Shown here: positions 1 through 12,670 of the stretch, one piece after another
Position numbering within the stretch: the first letter of the stretch is position 1
Layout: each line of letters begins with the position of its first letter
NCBI GenBank assembly: GCA_951406725.2
Contig: OX597815.1
Location: 71,362,001-71,426,000, forward strand
DNA: 64,000 nucleotides
Source: Octopus vulgaris
Lineage: Eukaryota
Direction of reading: 5' to 3'
Notes under the pieces: generated by a model
What the model saw: only the letters and a program-made list of their open reading frames with translations
The model's database searches: none
Told to the model about the DNA's origin: nothing
Made by a program: the position numbers and the translations under genes

Positions 1-47
1 TCTCCATTATTTAAACTTACATATTCTTTCGTTTATAAATCAGTTCG

Positions 48-251
48 AAGTGGCAGAGTGATTAGCACACCGGGCAAAACTCTTAGCGACATTTATTACT
101 TCTGATTACGTTCTGAGTTCAAATTTGACCGAAAGCGATTTTTATCTTTTCGGGGTCTAAAAAATGTGTACTAGTTGAGCACTGGGGTCGATGTAATCGA
201 CTCATCCTCATCCCACCGAAGTTGCTGGCATCATGCCAAAATTTGAAACCA
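48..251 (+). mobile_element. tRNA-derived SINE, family A (GGCGAGCTGGCAGAA head; CTTTCATCCTTTCGGGGTCGATAAA core), degraded
   Basis: Matches the many other copies in the window (e.g. 23836-24170): TACGTTCTGAGTTCAAAT B-box-like segment, GTACCAGTTGAGCACTGGGGTCGATGTAATCGAC body. Confidence 0.8.
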
Positions 252-399
252 TTTAAATCATATTCAGTTATCAGTTTATAATTGAAAACCAATCTAACTA
301 TTATGAAGACCGCTAAGATTTCCTCGTTGTATTGTCTATAACAAAGAATTCAGAAAGTTCAAGGCACATCCACATCAAGCTTAAAAACATTCTTCCACA

Positions 400-705
400 G
401 CGCAGGCATGACTATGTAGTTAAGAAGCTCGCTTTGCAGCCATGTTGTTTTGGGTTCAGTACCACTGCACAAGTATCTTCTATTTACACTTTGAGTCAGT
501 GAATTTGTGAGTGAATTTGGCAGACGGAAACTGAGGAAGTCCGTCGAGTATGTGCGCGTATATATATGTATGTGTGTGTGCATGTGCGTGTATGTATGTG
601 TGTGTGTTTGTACTGTCGTCATCGCTTGACAACCGGTGTTGGTTTGTTTACGTCTCTATAACTTAGTATACAAAAAAATTAAATAAAATAAAAATAAGTA
701 CTGGG
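400..705 (+). mobile_element. tRNA-derived SINE, family B (CORE-SINE-like, resembling octopus OR-type SINEs)
   Basis: GCGCAGGCATGACTATGTAGTTAAGAAG head, GGGTTCAGTACC B-box, GACGGAAACTGAGGAAGTCCGTCG body and internal (TG)n; recurs more than 10 times in the window. Confidence 0.75.
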
Positions 706-829
706 AGGTTTAGTCGGACAAATCAGCCCCAGTTTACTCAGCAACTCTAAATATCTTTTAACTCAGCTTATCTAGCTATGCCGTGTAGCACTATGTTCTC
801 TTTTGTGAGAAGTTATTCTCTTTTTACTC

Positions 830-1042
830 TTTACTCTTTTACTTGTTTCAGTCATGTGACTGTGGCCAAACTGGGGCACCGCTTTTAGTCGAGCAAATCC
901 ACCCCAGGACTTATTCTTTGTAAGCCTAGTACTTATTCTATCGGTATCTTTTGCCGAGCAGCTAAGTTACGGGGACGTAAACACTCCAGTATCGGTTGTC
1001 AAACGATGTTGGGGGGAAAAACACAGACACACAAACATATAC

Positions 1043-1075
<33 letters not shown>

Positions 1076-1245
1076 CATATACACGACGGGCTTCTTTCAG
1101 TTTCTGTCTACCAAATCCACTCACAAGGCTTTGGTCGACCCGAGGCTATAGTAGAAGACACTTGCCCAAGGTGCCACGCAGTGAGACTGAACTCGGAACC
1201 ATGTGGTTCGTAAGCAAGCTACTTACCACACAGCCACTCCTACGC
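830..1245 (-). mobile_element. SINE family B, near full length
   Basis: Reverse complement has the head, CACCTTGGGCAAGTGTCTTCTACTATAGCCTCG (CORE-like), an internal microsatellite and the GACTGAAACAAGTAAAAGAG tail. Confidence 0.85.
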
Positions 1246-1261
1246 CTTGTTGTTAATTTTC

Positions 1262-1470
1262 ATTTTTATTCACCTAAAGAAAACGGTTTTTTTGTGGGGG
1301 GTTTTTTGTGTTTTTTTTGCTTTTGAATGATGTAACACTTTTGTTCATCAATAAAGAACGCATCTGAAACAGTGCAGTGAACTGCAACCCATTTGTGTTA
1401 CCTATCCTTCACCTAACTCGGAACCTTCCATACGTTTGGACCTGGAGTCGACTGTAGAATACGTGCAGTG
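1262..1470 (+). mobile_element. Penelope-like/retrozyme-type fragment with decayed hammerhead motif (same family as 52020-52310)
   Basis: Shares CTTTTGTTCATCAATAAAG..CTGAAACAG..GTGAAC and TTCCATACGTTTGGA-like blocks with the reverse complement of 52050-52230. Confidence 0.55.
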
Positions 1471-1777
1471 AGTGTGTGAGTGTATCCATGAGTGACTTTG
1501 ATAATGCGTTGTGTATTCAGTCAGTAACTGTAGATGTATGCATAACTGGAAAAAACAAATCTGTATTTACTTTAGTAAGTATGTATACGTGTATGTCAGT
1601 ACACATTGTTGGTACACTGGTGCGCTGTCCCCGACTCTACTTTGGTGCTTTTACTATTTACTATTTAAGTGCCTGATTCTTTCGGATTCTGAAAATGTTT
1701 CATATATATATATGTACATATATATACATACATATACATACATATATACATACATACATATATACATACATACATAC

Positions 1778-1866
<89 letters not shown>

Positions 1867-1869
1867 GGA

Positions 1870-2060
1870 GAGCTTACGAAAAAACAAAAGACGAAGACAG
1901 GTAGTGTACAAAACAAACAAATGTATTAGCATAACGCTCAGGAATAGAAAAGGTCTTTTACGTTTCGAGCCTACGCTCTTCTACAGAAAGAGACACAGAA
2001 AAAGCAAGGTGAGAAACAAGGAGAGAAAAAATGTGTGTAGTGGCTAACGATCTATCATGT
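1870..2060 (-). mobile_element. Short repeat carrying a minimal hammerhead motif (family H1)
   Basis: Minus strand 1991-1954 reads TCTTT CTGTAGA A GAGC-GTAG-GCTC GAAAC GTA AAAGA; flank ATGTATTAGC is shared with 35651. Confidence 0.6.
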
Positions 2061-2288
2061 CTGTAGTAATAATTGGTGAAAGAACGGAAGATAGACTTCG
2101 TACTAGTCTATTCAGTACGGCGATCGTTTCGACTCACCCTGCAACTGTTCGTTATGGGTAGGATTTTGTGCATCTGTGTCACATCAATCTGTGCAGTTCG
2201 TGTCACATCAGATACATACTTAAAGAAGGGGATGCCCCTGCTAGATATACTGAGATGTCTTAAGCATGTTGTTGGTGCCTGTTGTATC

Positions 2289-2323
<35 letters not shown>

Positions 2324-3667
2324 CATGCGTGCGTGCGTGTGTGTGTGGTTGCTTAACGGTAAATCTTCGACAGTGTTCACGTGATTAATTGCAATAATAT
2401 ATATTCACATGTTCAGCGCTGAGTTAGATATAATAAGCTTTTAAAATGTATGAAATAACATCACAATATTAAATATAATTCATGTTATTATACATCGCTA
2501 CATGCATTGAGATATTACAAAGGGCATAAAAATTCATATTTTTCAATAATCTGGATTATAACTGGCAAGGAAAAAAAGAGAGAAATTACACAATGCGGTC
2601 TCTAATCAAAATAGCTGTATCATAATTTTTCTTTACATATTTATGCTTAGGTCAACTGAGTGAAATGAAAGTAAATTCACTTAATTACATGTATCGCTGA
2701 AGCTGCGAGCTAGCAGAGTCGTTAGTAGGTTGAGCAAAATGCTTATCGACGTTTCTTCCGGCTCTTCATGCTTTGAGTTCAAAACCTGCCGAGGTCAACT
2801 TTGCCTTCGTCCTTTCAGTGGTCTGTAAAATAGAGTGCCAGCCAAATATTGGTGGTCTTGGTGGGCGATTTATCCTCTCCTCTCAAAATTACAAGCCTTT
2901 AACTCTACAACCAGCCAGCGTCCCATTCAGGAGAATTGTTGTAATTTCTGTCACTTATACACCATGAAATCCGGCTAAACGGCTTTATGAGAAAATAAAG
3001 AAATATATGTCGTAAGAAACTTGCTTCCCAACCACATGGTTCCGAGTTCAGTCCCACTACATGGCACCTCTGGTAAGTGTCCTCTACTATAGCCTCGAGC
3101 CAACCAAAGCCTTGTGATTGGATTTGGTAATGAGGCTAACATGGTCAATCTCTCATCGACTTCTTCAAGTATCACTTGAAAAGGAAAGTGAGAATAGAGA
3201 GGCAGGTTTTGTCTAGCGAATGTTTAAAAAAAAGATGGGTGAATGTAGCAAGGATGGCACGTATGAATGACGAAGCCACCTTGAGCATAATCCTATGAAC
3301 CCGGAAAAAATTTAAAACAAAGAGTTACTTACTTGCAAATAAATGTGTTAACATGTGACATTATTGACCGAGGTTACAGTGGTCTTTTCCGTAGGCTTTT
3401 TTTTTCCATGGATAAAACTTATTTGTTTCCCCCTTTACACTTTACATCATGACATTTCTGCGATACGCGAACCCTATTGATCATTTTTTTTCTTTCTTTT
3501 TTTGCGATCCCTTTTGATCGAAAACCTACTCCCCAAAAAGAAAAGCTCTACTTTGTAATTTGTCCCCTCTAAGTTCAGCCCTGTGTGGCTAATAAAGAAA
3601 CATAACATGTATTTTTCTAACTGCGTATCAGCTTTTGAAACTGATATTAATCACTTATATTCTTTTC

Positions 3668-4600
3668 TAATCTAGGCACAAGGCCGAAATTTGGGGGGAG
3701 TGGGCCAGTCGATTAGATCGACCCAGTACGTAACTGGTACTTAATTTATCGACCCCGAAAGGAAAAAAAGAAAAGTCGACCTTGGCTGAATTTGAACTCA
3801 GAACGTAAAGACAGACGAAATACCGCTAAGCATTTTGCTCGGAGTGCTAACGTTTCTGCCAGCTCGCCACCTTAATTGCAGCAAAAAGGATATTATTACT
3901 TAGATTGTAGTAAGACGTCGATCTGGTAGAATCGTTAACATGCCGGGCAAAATGCTTAATAACATTTCATCTGTTTTTACGTTCTGAGTTCAAATTCCGC
4001 TGAGTTCGATTTTGTCTTTCATCCTCTCGGAGTCGCTAAGACAAGTATCAGTTGAGTACTAGGGTCTATGTAATTGACTTCTCCTTTTCTCAGAAACTGC
4101 TGGCCTTGTGCAAAAATTTGAAACCGTTGCCACTTACGCTGTAGTCATTGCTTGTTGCTGGTAACTAATGGGTACATATAAATGAGTTGAGTTACTGGTA
4201 AAAAATACAAGACATTACAGATAAGATTAGCGAGATGATCAGGCAAAGACTACTGTGACTATCTACAACTTCATTGTAGACATTGGCCTGGAATGTATCC
4301 AGGACCTCAAGGCAGTGATGTTGGACCGAGAAGTGTGGTGGGTGGAATTTGTTGCAGCAGCCCGGGTTGGAACCCGGCAATAATAATCCTTTCTATTGAA
4401 GGCACAAAGCCTGAAATTTGATGGGGAGGGGACTAGTCGATTACATCGACCCCAGTATTTCACTGGTGCTTAATTCATCGACCCAGAAAGGGTGAAAGGC
4501 AAAGTCAACCTCGGCGGAATTTAAACTCAGAGCGTAGCAACGGGCAAAATACCATTAAGCATTTCGCCCGGCGTGCTAACGATTCTGCCAGCTCACCACC
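3668..4600. mobile_element. Cluster of three SINE family A copies (3668-3872 minus, 3913-4126 plus, 4385-4600 minus)
   Basis: Each carries the GAACTCAGAACGTAA / TTACGTTCTGAGTTC and GACCCCGAAAGG core blocks. Confidence 0.8.
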
Positions 4601-5494
4601 TTGATAATAATAACAATAAAAACAACAACAACAAGTAAAAATACTTTGTACATCTGGTAAAGTCGTGTGGCCCAGTGGTAGGGTATAAGGCTCACGATCA
4701 TAAAGTCGTGGCTTCGGTTCCTGGAGCTAGGGGATGCGTTGTATCCTTGAGCACGGCATTTCATTTCACGTTGCTCCACGTTGTTTGCTGATTGATATCT
4801 CCAGTTATGCTTCACATCGTACAGGAAGTAGGGAAGGAAGGATAAACGAGAATTTGAGAAAGGGATAACATGAGGTGCAGGATAAGTGCACAGACGAGGC
4901 TTAATAGCAGACAATGAGTGAAGGAACGTTACACACATATATACACACACGCACATGCGCACGCACGCCCACAATGAGAGAGAACGAATTATAGAGATAG
5001 GGAGAGGAGGAGGAGGAGGAGAAAAAGGGAGTAAATGACAGAGTAGTTATAGGCAAATGAGAAATTTATTTCATTTAATCTCAATCACCAACAAATTTGA
5101 TAACAGTTAATAATTGCCATAATAATTGTATGTATACCATATTTCCTGATATTAGTTACCAGTCATGTGACTGGTAATACTAGTGTATATACCAAACAGC
5201 TCTATTTAGAACAATTCTCTGTCTTGTGATCGTATTGATGACGTAAACATGCATGTATATATTTCTCTCACGGAAACATGCGTTTCTCTAACGGAAACTT
5301 GAGTTCATATATCGTAAAATATAAAAATGTATTTTAATTTAAATAATTTTATATTATGATCGATTTTCAGTTCATTCAGTGAAGTTAATGTATTTTATGT
5401 AATATTGCTGTTGCTTTACTTAGTTCTGTTGGAATGTGTCCGTAGATTACCGTAGAAATAGGCTCCTGAAGTATTTGACAATGAATAGTGACAC

Positions 5495-5880
5495 ACATGA
5501 CTGTGTAGTTAAGAGACTCACTTTGCAACTGCTTGGTCTCGAGTTCAGTCTCATTGCGCAGCACCTTGGGCAGGTGCCTTCTCTATAGCTTCGAACGGAC
5601 CAATAACCTCTGAGTGGACGTAGTAGACGAAAACTGTATGGAAGCCCGCTGTATGTGTGCGTGTGTCTTTGTGATTGCGTTTTCCTCTTCTAAAGCGCTT
5701 TACAACCGGTGTTGTTGTTTATATCCTCATAATGTTGTGGTTTGACAAAAGAGAATCAATAATAAGTATCAAACTTTGAAATAAGTACCTAGGGGGACGA
5801 TTTGCCCGGTTAAAAAAAATCCTTCAGACGTGCCCCAGCTTGACCATAGGCCAATGACTGGAACAAACAAAATATAAGAA
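5495..5880 (+). mobile_element. SINE family B, degraded
   Basis: CACCTTGGGCAGGTGCCTTCTCTATAGC, GACGAAAACTG..GAAGCCCG and CAATGACTGGAACAAAC tail. Confidence 0.7.
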
Positions 5881-6039
5881 TAATAATTATAGCTTCGATT
5901 TCGTGATTAAAATTTTTATATCAGAATCTCTAGAGTATCTTTGAGGTATAAAATATCTCATGTAAATTGAATGAAATGAAAATTAATCATAAGATACGTG
6001 TTAAATTAAAATACATATTTTTCATCGACAAGCTAGTGT

Positions 6040-6435
6040 TTCTACTATATGAATGAATGTTCTGCATGTAAACTATACACACGTATAATTCGTATCAGCA
6101 GCAATACCGCAAGACAGACAGTTGTTCGAAATATATTGTGGTTATTGCTATAATATATAGCGGATTTTGCATGTAAAATTATACACACGTATGTTCGTAC
6201 CATCAACTGGACTGCAAGAGAGGTCTTTGTTCGAAACATAGTTTTTCTACTATATATTATACGTATAAAGGCATATAAAACTATAAGCACGTAATATTTG
6301 TGTTATCGACAAGACTGCAAGCTGTTCGAAATATATAGTATTTCTGCTATGTAAAGGCATGGAAATCTCGTGAAGCTCTATTATATAAAAGCATATAAAA
6401 CTATACACACGTATATTCACATCATCAGCAGGACT
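6040..6435. repeat. Degenerate ~100-120 bp tandem repeat, about 4 units
   Basis: GCATRTAAAACTATACACACGTAT-like blocks recur near 6065, 6169, 6271 and 6391, with ACTGCAAG..TGTTCGAAA blocks between them. Confidence 0.65.
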
Positions 6436-6477
6436 TTTTTGTTCTTTTTTTTTTTTTTTTTTTGGTAGGGGTGTAAT

Positions 6478-6837
6478 ATATTCGGTCATCTGTAATAGTA
6501 ACTGTTGTTGCTCTTCTTGCAGTTGTTGTTGCTGCTTTTGCAACTCGAGCAAACCGGCCAACAATTCTTACATAATTTTACGATTTTGCATACCGTAAAA
6601 TTTGCACAAAAAGTGTTTCGTAACTCCTTGTGGGTTTGATTAATCTTCGTGAATTTGTAAATTCCTCGTCGCCACTGTTGTAATCCAACTTCTGTTATAA
6701 TGTCCACTCCAGTATAGCAGTATAGTTAGTTAGACAAGGAAAATGCGACTATCTATGACCGACTATGCCGACTTCCCGACGTCACAGTATTTGTAACCAC
6801 TAGCACATACCGCTTGTCACGTGGAAGAGGTGTTCCA

Positions 6838-6840
<3 letters not shown>
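6478..6840 (-). mobile_element. Gypsy LTR retrotransposon 5' remnant: ~165 bp LTR (6840-6676), tRNA-Ser-type PBS (6674-6664) and start of gag
   Basis: Minus strand TG...ACA, then G-TGGCGACGAGG. ATG at 6573 gives M*ELLAGLLELQKQQQQLQEEQQQLLLQMTE, a Gln-rich gag-like N-terminus with a stop at codon 2. Confidence 0.7.
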
Positions 6841-7390
<550 letters not shown>

Positions 7391-8899
7391 CCCATAGCAA
7401 TTCTCTTCATTACTGATGCTTTACAATTTCTGATATAAAATTTTGATCATGCTAATGGGGTCATAACTGTAAACATTTGTCAAAAGCATCGGGAATCTGT
7501 CTGTGGAAATCTAAGGAAAAAATTCAACATACCAACGGCATCAGCGATAATATATAAAATGCATTATGTATACACTAAATGAACTAAAACTCGATCAAAA
7601 TGTAAAATTAATAAAAATAATTGATTTTTTTTTTATAATGTATATAAAATCATGTACATATAAAATTCACAATACGCCGTACTTGGCTTTACGTCAACCA
7701 GCAGGGAACATATAAACGTGGTGACGTAATATGTGCATGTGGGGTCCGCGACTACACAGGAGGAGTAACACATTAGAGGCAAGTGTTGATGTTGTCGAAG
7801 GTATGTTACGTTTAAGGACTTGGCTACCGCACTGAGTTGCTAAAAACCACGCTGCAGTATTGTATAAACGAGCTTATTCCAAACAAGTATATCTCCCTTG
7901 CGATCCTGCTCATGATGTGAATATACGCATGTCTGCGCTTTTTTCACAACGACCGGAGCGCGAAGTACTCCTCACGAAGTTCGCAGATTCGTGAGATGTT
8001 TATGGTCAGTAAACAGTTTTGTGTAGGAACTGAAAAGAGAAGTGTGAACACGCAATGCGCATGTCAAAGTAAAGCGAAAGAGAAGAATAAAAACGTAATG
8101 CACATGCCTGCATGACACGTCTGACACCACTATCACACAGTTTTGATGCAATTTTCTTGTTTTTTTTTTCCTTCTACATCCGTTTATATTGCATAAGCAT
8201 AATTATGCACATGGGAAAATATATGTATTTAATCTTCGTTTGTATGCTTTAGTTTATTTTTTATTCATTCAGCTTACATAATCAATTTCAGATTTATCAC
8301 TATAACTATAAATATGTATAGTAGACCTTATTTTGTAGGCTTTCTACCGAATGAGATGCCAAAAGCTTTTCATGAATATGTACAGATAAAGCGAAATTCC
8401 GTAATTTGAATGCTATACACGAAATTGTTGTGCTCGTTGGTATATTTTGCAGTATTTGTTTACATTATCTGTGTTCCCAACGAGGTCAGCTTTGCCTTTT
8501 GTTCTTTCCAGATCGATAAAAAAAAAAAGCACTAATCCCGGCTGGTGGAGTGGTGAAACCGTAAGACACATGAACTGGATGTTTTGCAGAATTTGTTCAG
8601 GCGTTTTGTTTTCTGCGTTCAAATCTCGTCATGACATCAATAGGCGGTAGATTAATCCGTTTAACACCAACACTACAAGGTATCTTGAGTACCTTCAACG
8701 AAGTCCACCATTGCAAGCGTTCGAGGCCAGCTTTCGGTTTGAGGATGTCTCCATTCCTTCTTCCTCCACCCCGTAGGCCCCACCCCAGTTTCGAATGCCC
8801 TGAAAAAGATCATGGGTGCTGGCTTCCTTCCTGGCAGCGTCCAATTCAAGGGGTTTTAACCCAATATTCTTCACGGTATTATTTATAACCTTATCTAAC

Positions 8900-9308
8900 G
8901 TGGCGAGCTGGCTGAATCGTTAGCACACTCGACAAAATGCTTAGCGGCATTTCGTCCGTCCTTACGTTCTGAGTTCAAATTCTGCCGTGGTCCAGTTTGC
9001 CTTTCATCATTTCGGAGTCGATAAAACAATTATCTGTTAAGCACTGGTATTGCTGTAAACGACTTACCCCAGTCTCGAATTTGCTGGCCTTATGCCAGAA
9101 TATGAAATCATAAATTTATAGTTTTATCGAAGATGACGAGCTGCCAGAATTGTTAGTGCGCCGTACAAAATACTAAACGGAATTTCGTCCGTCTTTACGT
9201 TCTGACGTTGCTTTTTATCTTTTCAGAGTTAATAAAATAAGTACCTGTTGAGAACTGCGGTCGATGTAAACAACTAGCACCCCCCTCCCTAGCCCCCACC
9301 AAAAATTT

Positions 9309-9310
<2 letters not shown>
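8900..9310 (+). mobile_element. Two tandem SINE family A copies
   Basis: GGCGAGCTGGCTGAATCGTTAGCAC near 8902 and GACGAGCTGCCAGAATTGTTAG near 9134, each with the family core. Confidence 0.8.
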
Positions 9311-9354
<44 letters not shown>

Positions 9355-9389
9355 TGTATTCTGCATATATACATATATATGTATATATA

Positions 9390-10656
9390 CAGGAGTTGGA
9401 CAAAATAATGGAAACACCTAGCATCATAGCATCATACTTTTTAAATATCTATGAAACCCTCAAAAGCTTGTTTATTTTTTATTTATTATTAGTGTTACTT
9501 AATATGTTTTGTTAAAATTACTGTTTCTTTTCAGATATCATCAGAAAAAGGTAATTAAAATTCATTAAAATGACAGATCTATTGGAATTTCAAAGAGGTC
9601 AAATTGTTGGTGCTCGTAAGGCAGACACTAGTGTAATGCAAACAGCTGAAATGTATGGTGTATCAAGAAGTACTGCCTCGACAGTAATGACAGCCTTTGA
9701 GAAAGAGAGAAAAACCTCCTCATCGAAACAAAACTCTGGAAGAAAACCAAAAGTTTCAGATATGGACCGTCGGACTCTTACGCGAATTGTTAGAAAGGAT
9801 CACAAAAGCACAGCTCCCAAAATTACTGCAGAGCTTTATAACCACCGCAAGAACCCAGTTTTCACAAAAACTGTTCGCCGGGAGCTGCACAAAGCCGGAT
9901 TTCACGGGAGGGCTACAATCAGAATACCACTACTTTCAAAAACAAACGTTGCAAAGCATTTAGAGTGGAGTAAAAACCTACAAAATTGGTCCCTAAAGCA
10001 GTGGGAAAATGTTATTTTCTCGGGCGAGTCATCCTTTGCCTTATTTCCGATCACCGGCCGAGTATACGTGTGGAGATAGCCAAAAGAAGCATTTAACCCA
10101 AACTTCCTTCTTCCGACTGTTAAACATGGAGGAGGATCTGTGATGCTCGAGGTGGGGCTGTATCTTGAAAATCCGCCGGCCCAATGGTTTCCCTTCATGG
10201 CAGAATTAATAGTCAAGAATATTTAAGCATTTTATCTGATTAAATTCATCCTATCGTTGCGGAACTATTTCCTGAAGGAAACACAATCTTTCAAGATGAT
10301 AATGCACCAATTTACACAGCAAAAGTTGTTACTGAATGGCACGAGGAACATTCTAGTGAAGTTGAATATCTTATCTGGCCACCACAGTCCCCAGCTCTCA
10401 ATATTATCGAACATTTATGGTGTACTTTAGAAAATCAAGTAAGGATTCGATATCCTCCACCATCATCACTAGAAGAACTAGAGACTGTTTTAGCTGAAGA
10501 ATGGACAAAAATTCCTTTGGAAACAATTCAAACCTTTTTACGACTCCATACCTCGTAGAATTTAAGCTGTAATTACTGCCGAAGGTGGTCCTACCCCATA
10601 TTAAAATAAATTTCTTTGAAATCTTAAGGTGCTTCCATTATTTTGTCCAGCCCCTG
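9390..10656 (+). mobile_element. Full-length Tc1-like DNA transposon with DD36E spacing (Incomer-type), 1267 bp, ~30-bp TIRs, TA target
   Basis: TA|CAGGAGTTGGACAAAATAATGGAAACACCT ... AGGTGCTTCCATTATTTTGTCCAGCCCCTG|TA, inserted in (TA)n. Confidence 0.95.
9570..10604 (+). pseudogene. Tc1-family transposase pseudogene (stops and frameshift; first catalytic D mutated, FSGES)
   Basis: MTDLLEFQRGQIVG HTH start, SGRKPK linker, W..VIFSGES, FQDDNAP, WPPQSPALNIIEHLW, ending GGPTPY*, followed by AATAAA. Confidence 0.92.
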
Positions 10657-10708
<52 letters not shown>

Positions 10709-10709
<1 letters not shown>

Positions 10710-11476
10710 TAGCTGTTTGACCCAGCGTTGCTCGTGTTTTCCATGTTAAGCCCACCTCTGACCTTGTATGAAATCTTCTACGTTCGCCGTGCCAACCATT
10801 ACGCATTAAGATGTAATAACTGGTTCGGCAGGAATTTCACCCGGTTAACGCTTTCGACATACTCCTACATACTGGACCGTCTGATAACTGCAGTCAAACT
10901 TTTGGGTGTACCTCAATCCGTTGGGAGTGATGTTTGTTTATTTCTCTTCTCTTAATGCCACTCTCTGTACAAAATTCATCAGCATATCCAATCTCAGCAA
11001 AATCCGAAAAAAAGTGTTAGAGTTATGTCATAAAATAGAATCCATGTGACCATTTACATGAAAATATAAAAGTTACGGACAAAATAAAATCCCTATGGGT
11101 ATTTGCACGCAAAAAGCCTATGATTTTATAAAGCCACTGCTCAGGCACAATTATTTATTTTCTGTCAATTATCGAATTTTTCGACATGAACTCACTGCCA
11201 TGAACCTCGCTCACTCATTGATTTTCATCAAAATCGGACAAAAAAATGCAAAAACTGCAGGAAAAATAACATCGTTAAGGGAATTTCAATTCAAACGCCC
11301 GATTGAACTCACAAAAATCGATGCTAACTGAGCGTTATCGAGTTTTCGTAAAATTCCGGCCTTATTTGAACTACAAAGCATGTGATCTACCAATGACCCA
11401 AAAACCATTGGACGGCGTGGGAGGAGTTAGAGTAACCCCAAGCACACACACACCATTACACATTTATGTGTATAGA
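10709..11476 (-). mobile_element. Non-autonomous Helitron-like element
   Basis: Minus strand A|TCTATACAC ... CGAGCAACGCTGGGTCAAACAGCTAG|T: 5' TC, 3' CTAG, imperfect subterminal GC hairpin, A/T insertion site, no TSD. Confidence 0.7.
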
Positions 11477-12129
11477 TACATTTGTGTATATATATATACA
11501 CACATGTTGGGTTTCTACATAGTTTCCGTTCACTTAATTCAATGATAATGTATTGGTGGGCCTGAGACTACAGTAGAAGACATTTGACCAAAGTGTCGCA
11601 TTGTTAGACTAAACCGGAGACTACATGGCCGCAAATTTATTTTATTTTAATATGAATAATGAAATATAAAATAGGCTAAGAGAAATAAGTCAAATGAATT
11701 AGTAACACTAATTTGGATAATTAAGTTAAAGGGTGACATATTGAATATCACGCACAAATTAAATAATTGAATTTCCCTCTTAAAACGATAAAAAGAAAAA
11801 AAAACTATTGGATAAACTTAGCAGCAGCTGTTAACGGCTCCTAACGGAAAAGGGAGATTATCTCGTAAAATTAGCAATTCATTTCCCAAATTGATTTACA
11901 TTCTTAGAGTGCCACTGCTTAACAGTGACACTTGGAACATCTAGTCCAGATAAGAGCGACGTCTTAATGCCTTAAACCAGTCAAGAACAAACTGCAGCCC
12001 GCAGGACTTTCTGAATGACAGGCCTAACGAAAAATAATTTTAAATACTTTTAATAGTGCAGCTCACCGATGATGAGCCATAGATCGTACGACCCGCTTCT
12101 CAAAAAGATTGCCCTTGTCCGCCTTAAGC

Positions 12130-12670
12130 CTACGGCAGCCGGAGGCGGATTCTGGACATCGGATCGAATCACAAACAATGAAGTCCTAGATCAAGCTAAC
12201 ATCTAGCATGCTCATCCTGTTTCAACAATAACGCCTCCGCTTGTTGGGCTACGTAAACAGCATGTCAGATCGAAGGATTCTGAAAGAACTGCTGTGGGGG
12301 AATTGATCTCCAGCAAGAGAACACAACGTTGATACCATCTTCGTTTCAAAGATATCTTTGAGAGAGATGTTAATTATTTTTGCGTGAACTCTGAAAGGTG
12401 AGAGGACATTGCTGATGATCGCTCTGTACTGGGAGGTGGAACTATGTAGAGGTTTTAAATGACGGAAGGAGAGGCTGATACTTGCTAATGCAGAAAAAAC
12501 ATTAGGGCAAGACTGGCAGACAGTGCCTTTAAATGAAATCACTGCTGCCGGGTCTATCACTCACATCTGGATGTCTCTATGGTCACAGCCAATTCTGTTC
12601 TGACGAAAAAACTGAAGCAAGAATTTCCAGGCGCAGATCCATGGTCTCTCAAAACTAACAAACGTCTATA
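12130..12670 (+). mobile_element. RTE-clade LINE 3' fragment, degraded
   Basis: Broken translation resembles RRIL..DRITNNEVL..RLRLLGYV..MSDRRILKELLWGEL..RFKDIFERD, the RTE C-terminus; CCATGGTCTCTC near the 3' end. Confidence 0.7.

Noticed and set aside
8631-8888. GC-richer block with short open frames on both strands
   Set aside because: No recognisable domain or convincing splice sites; probably retroelement debris.
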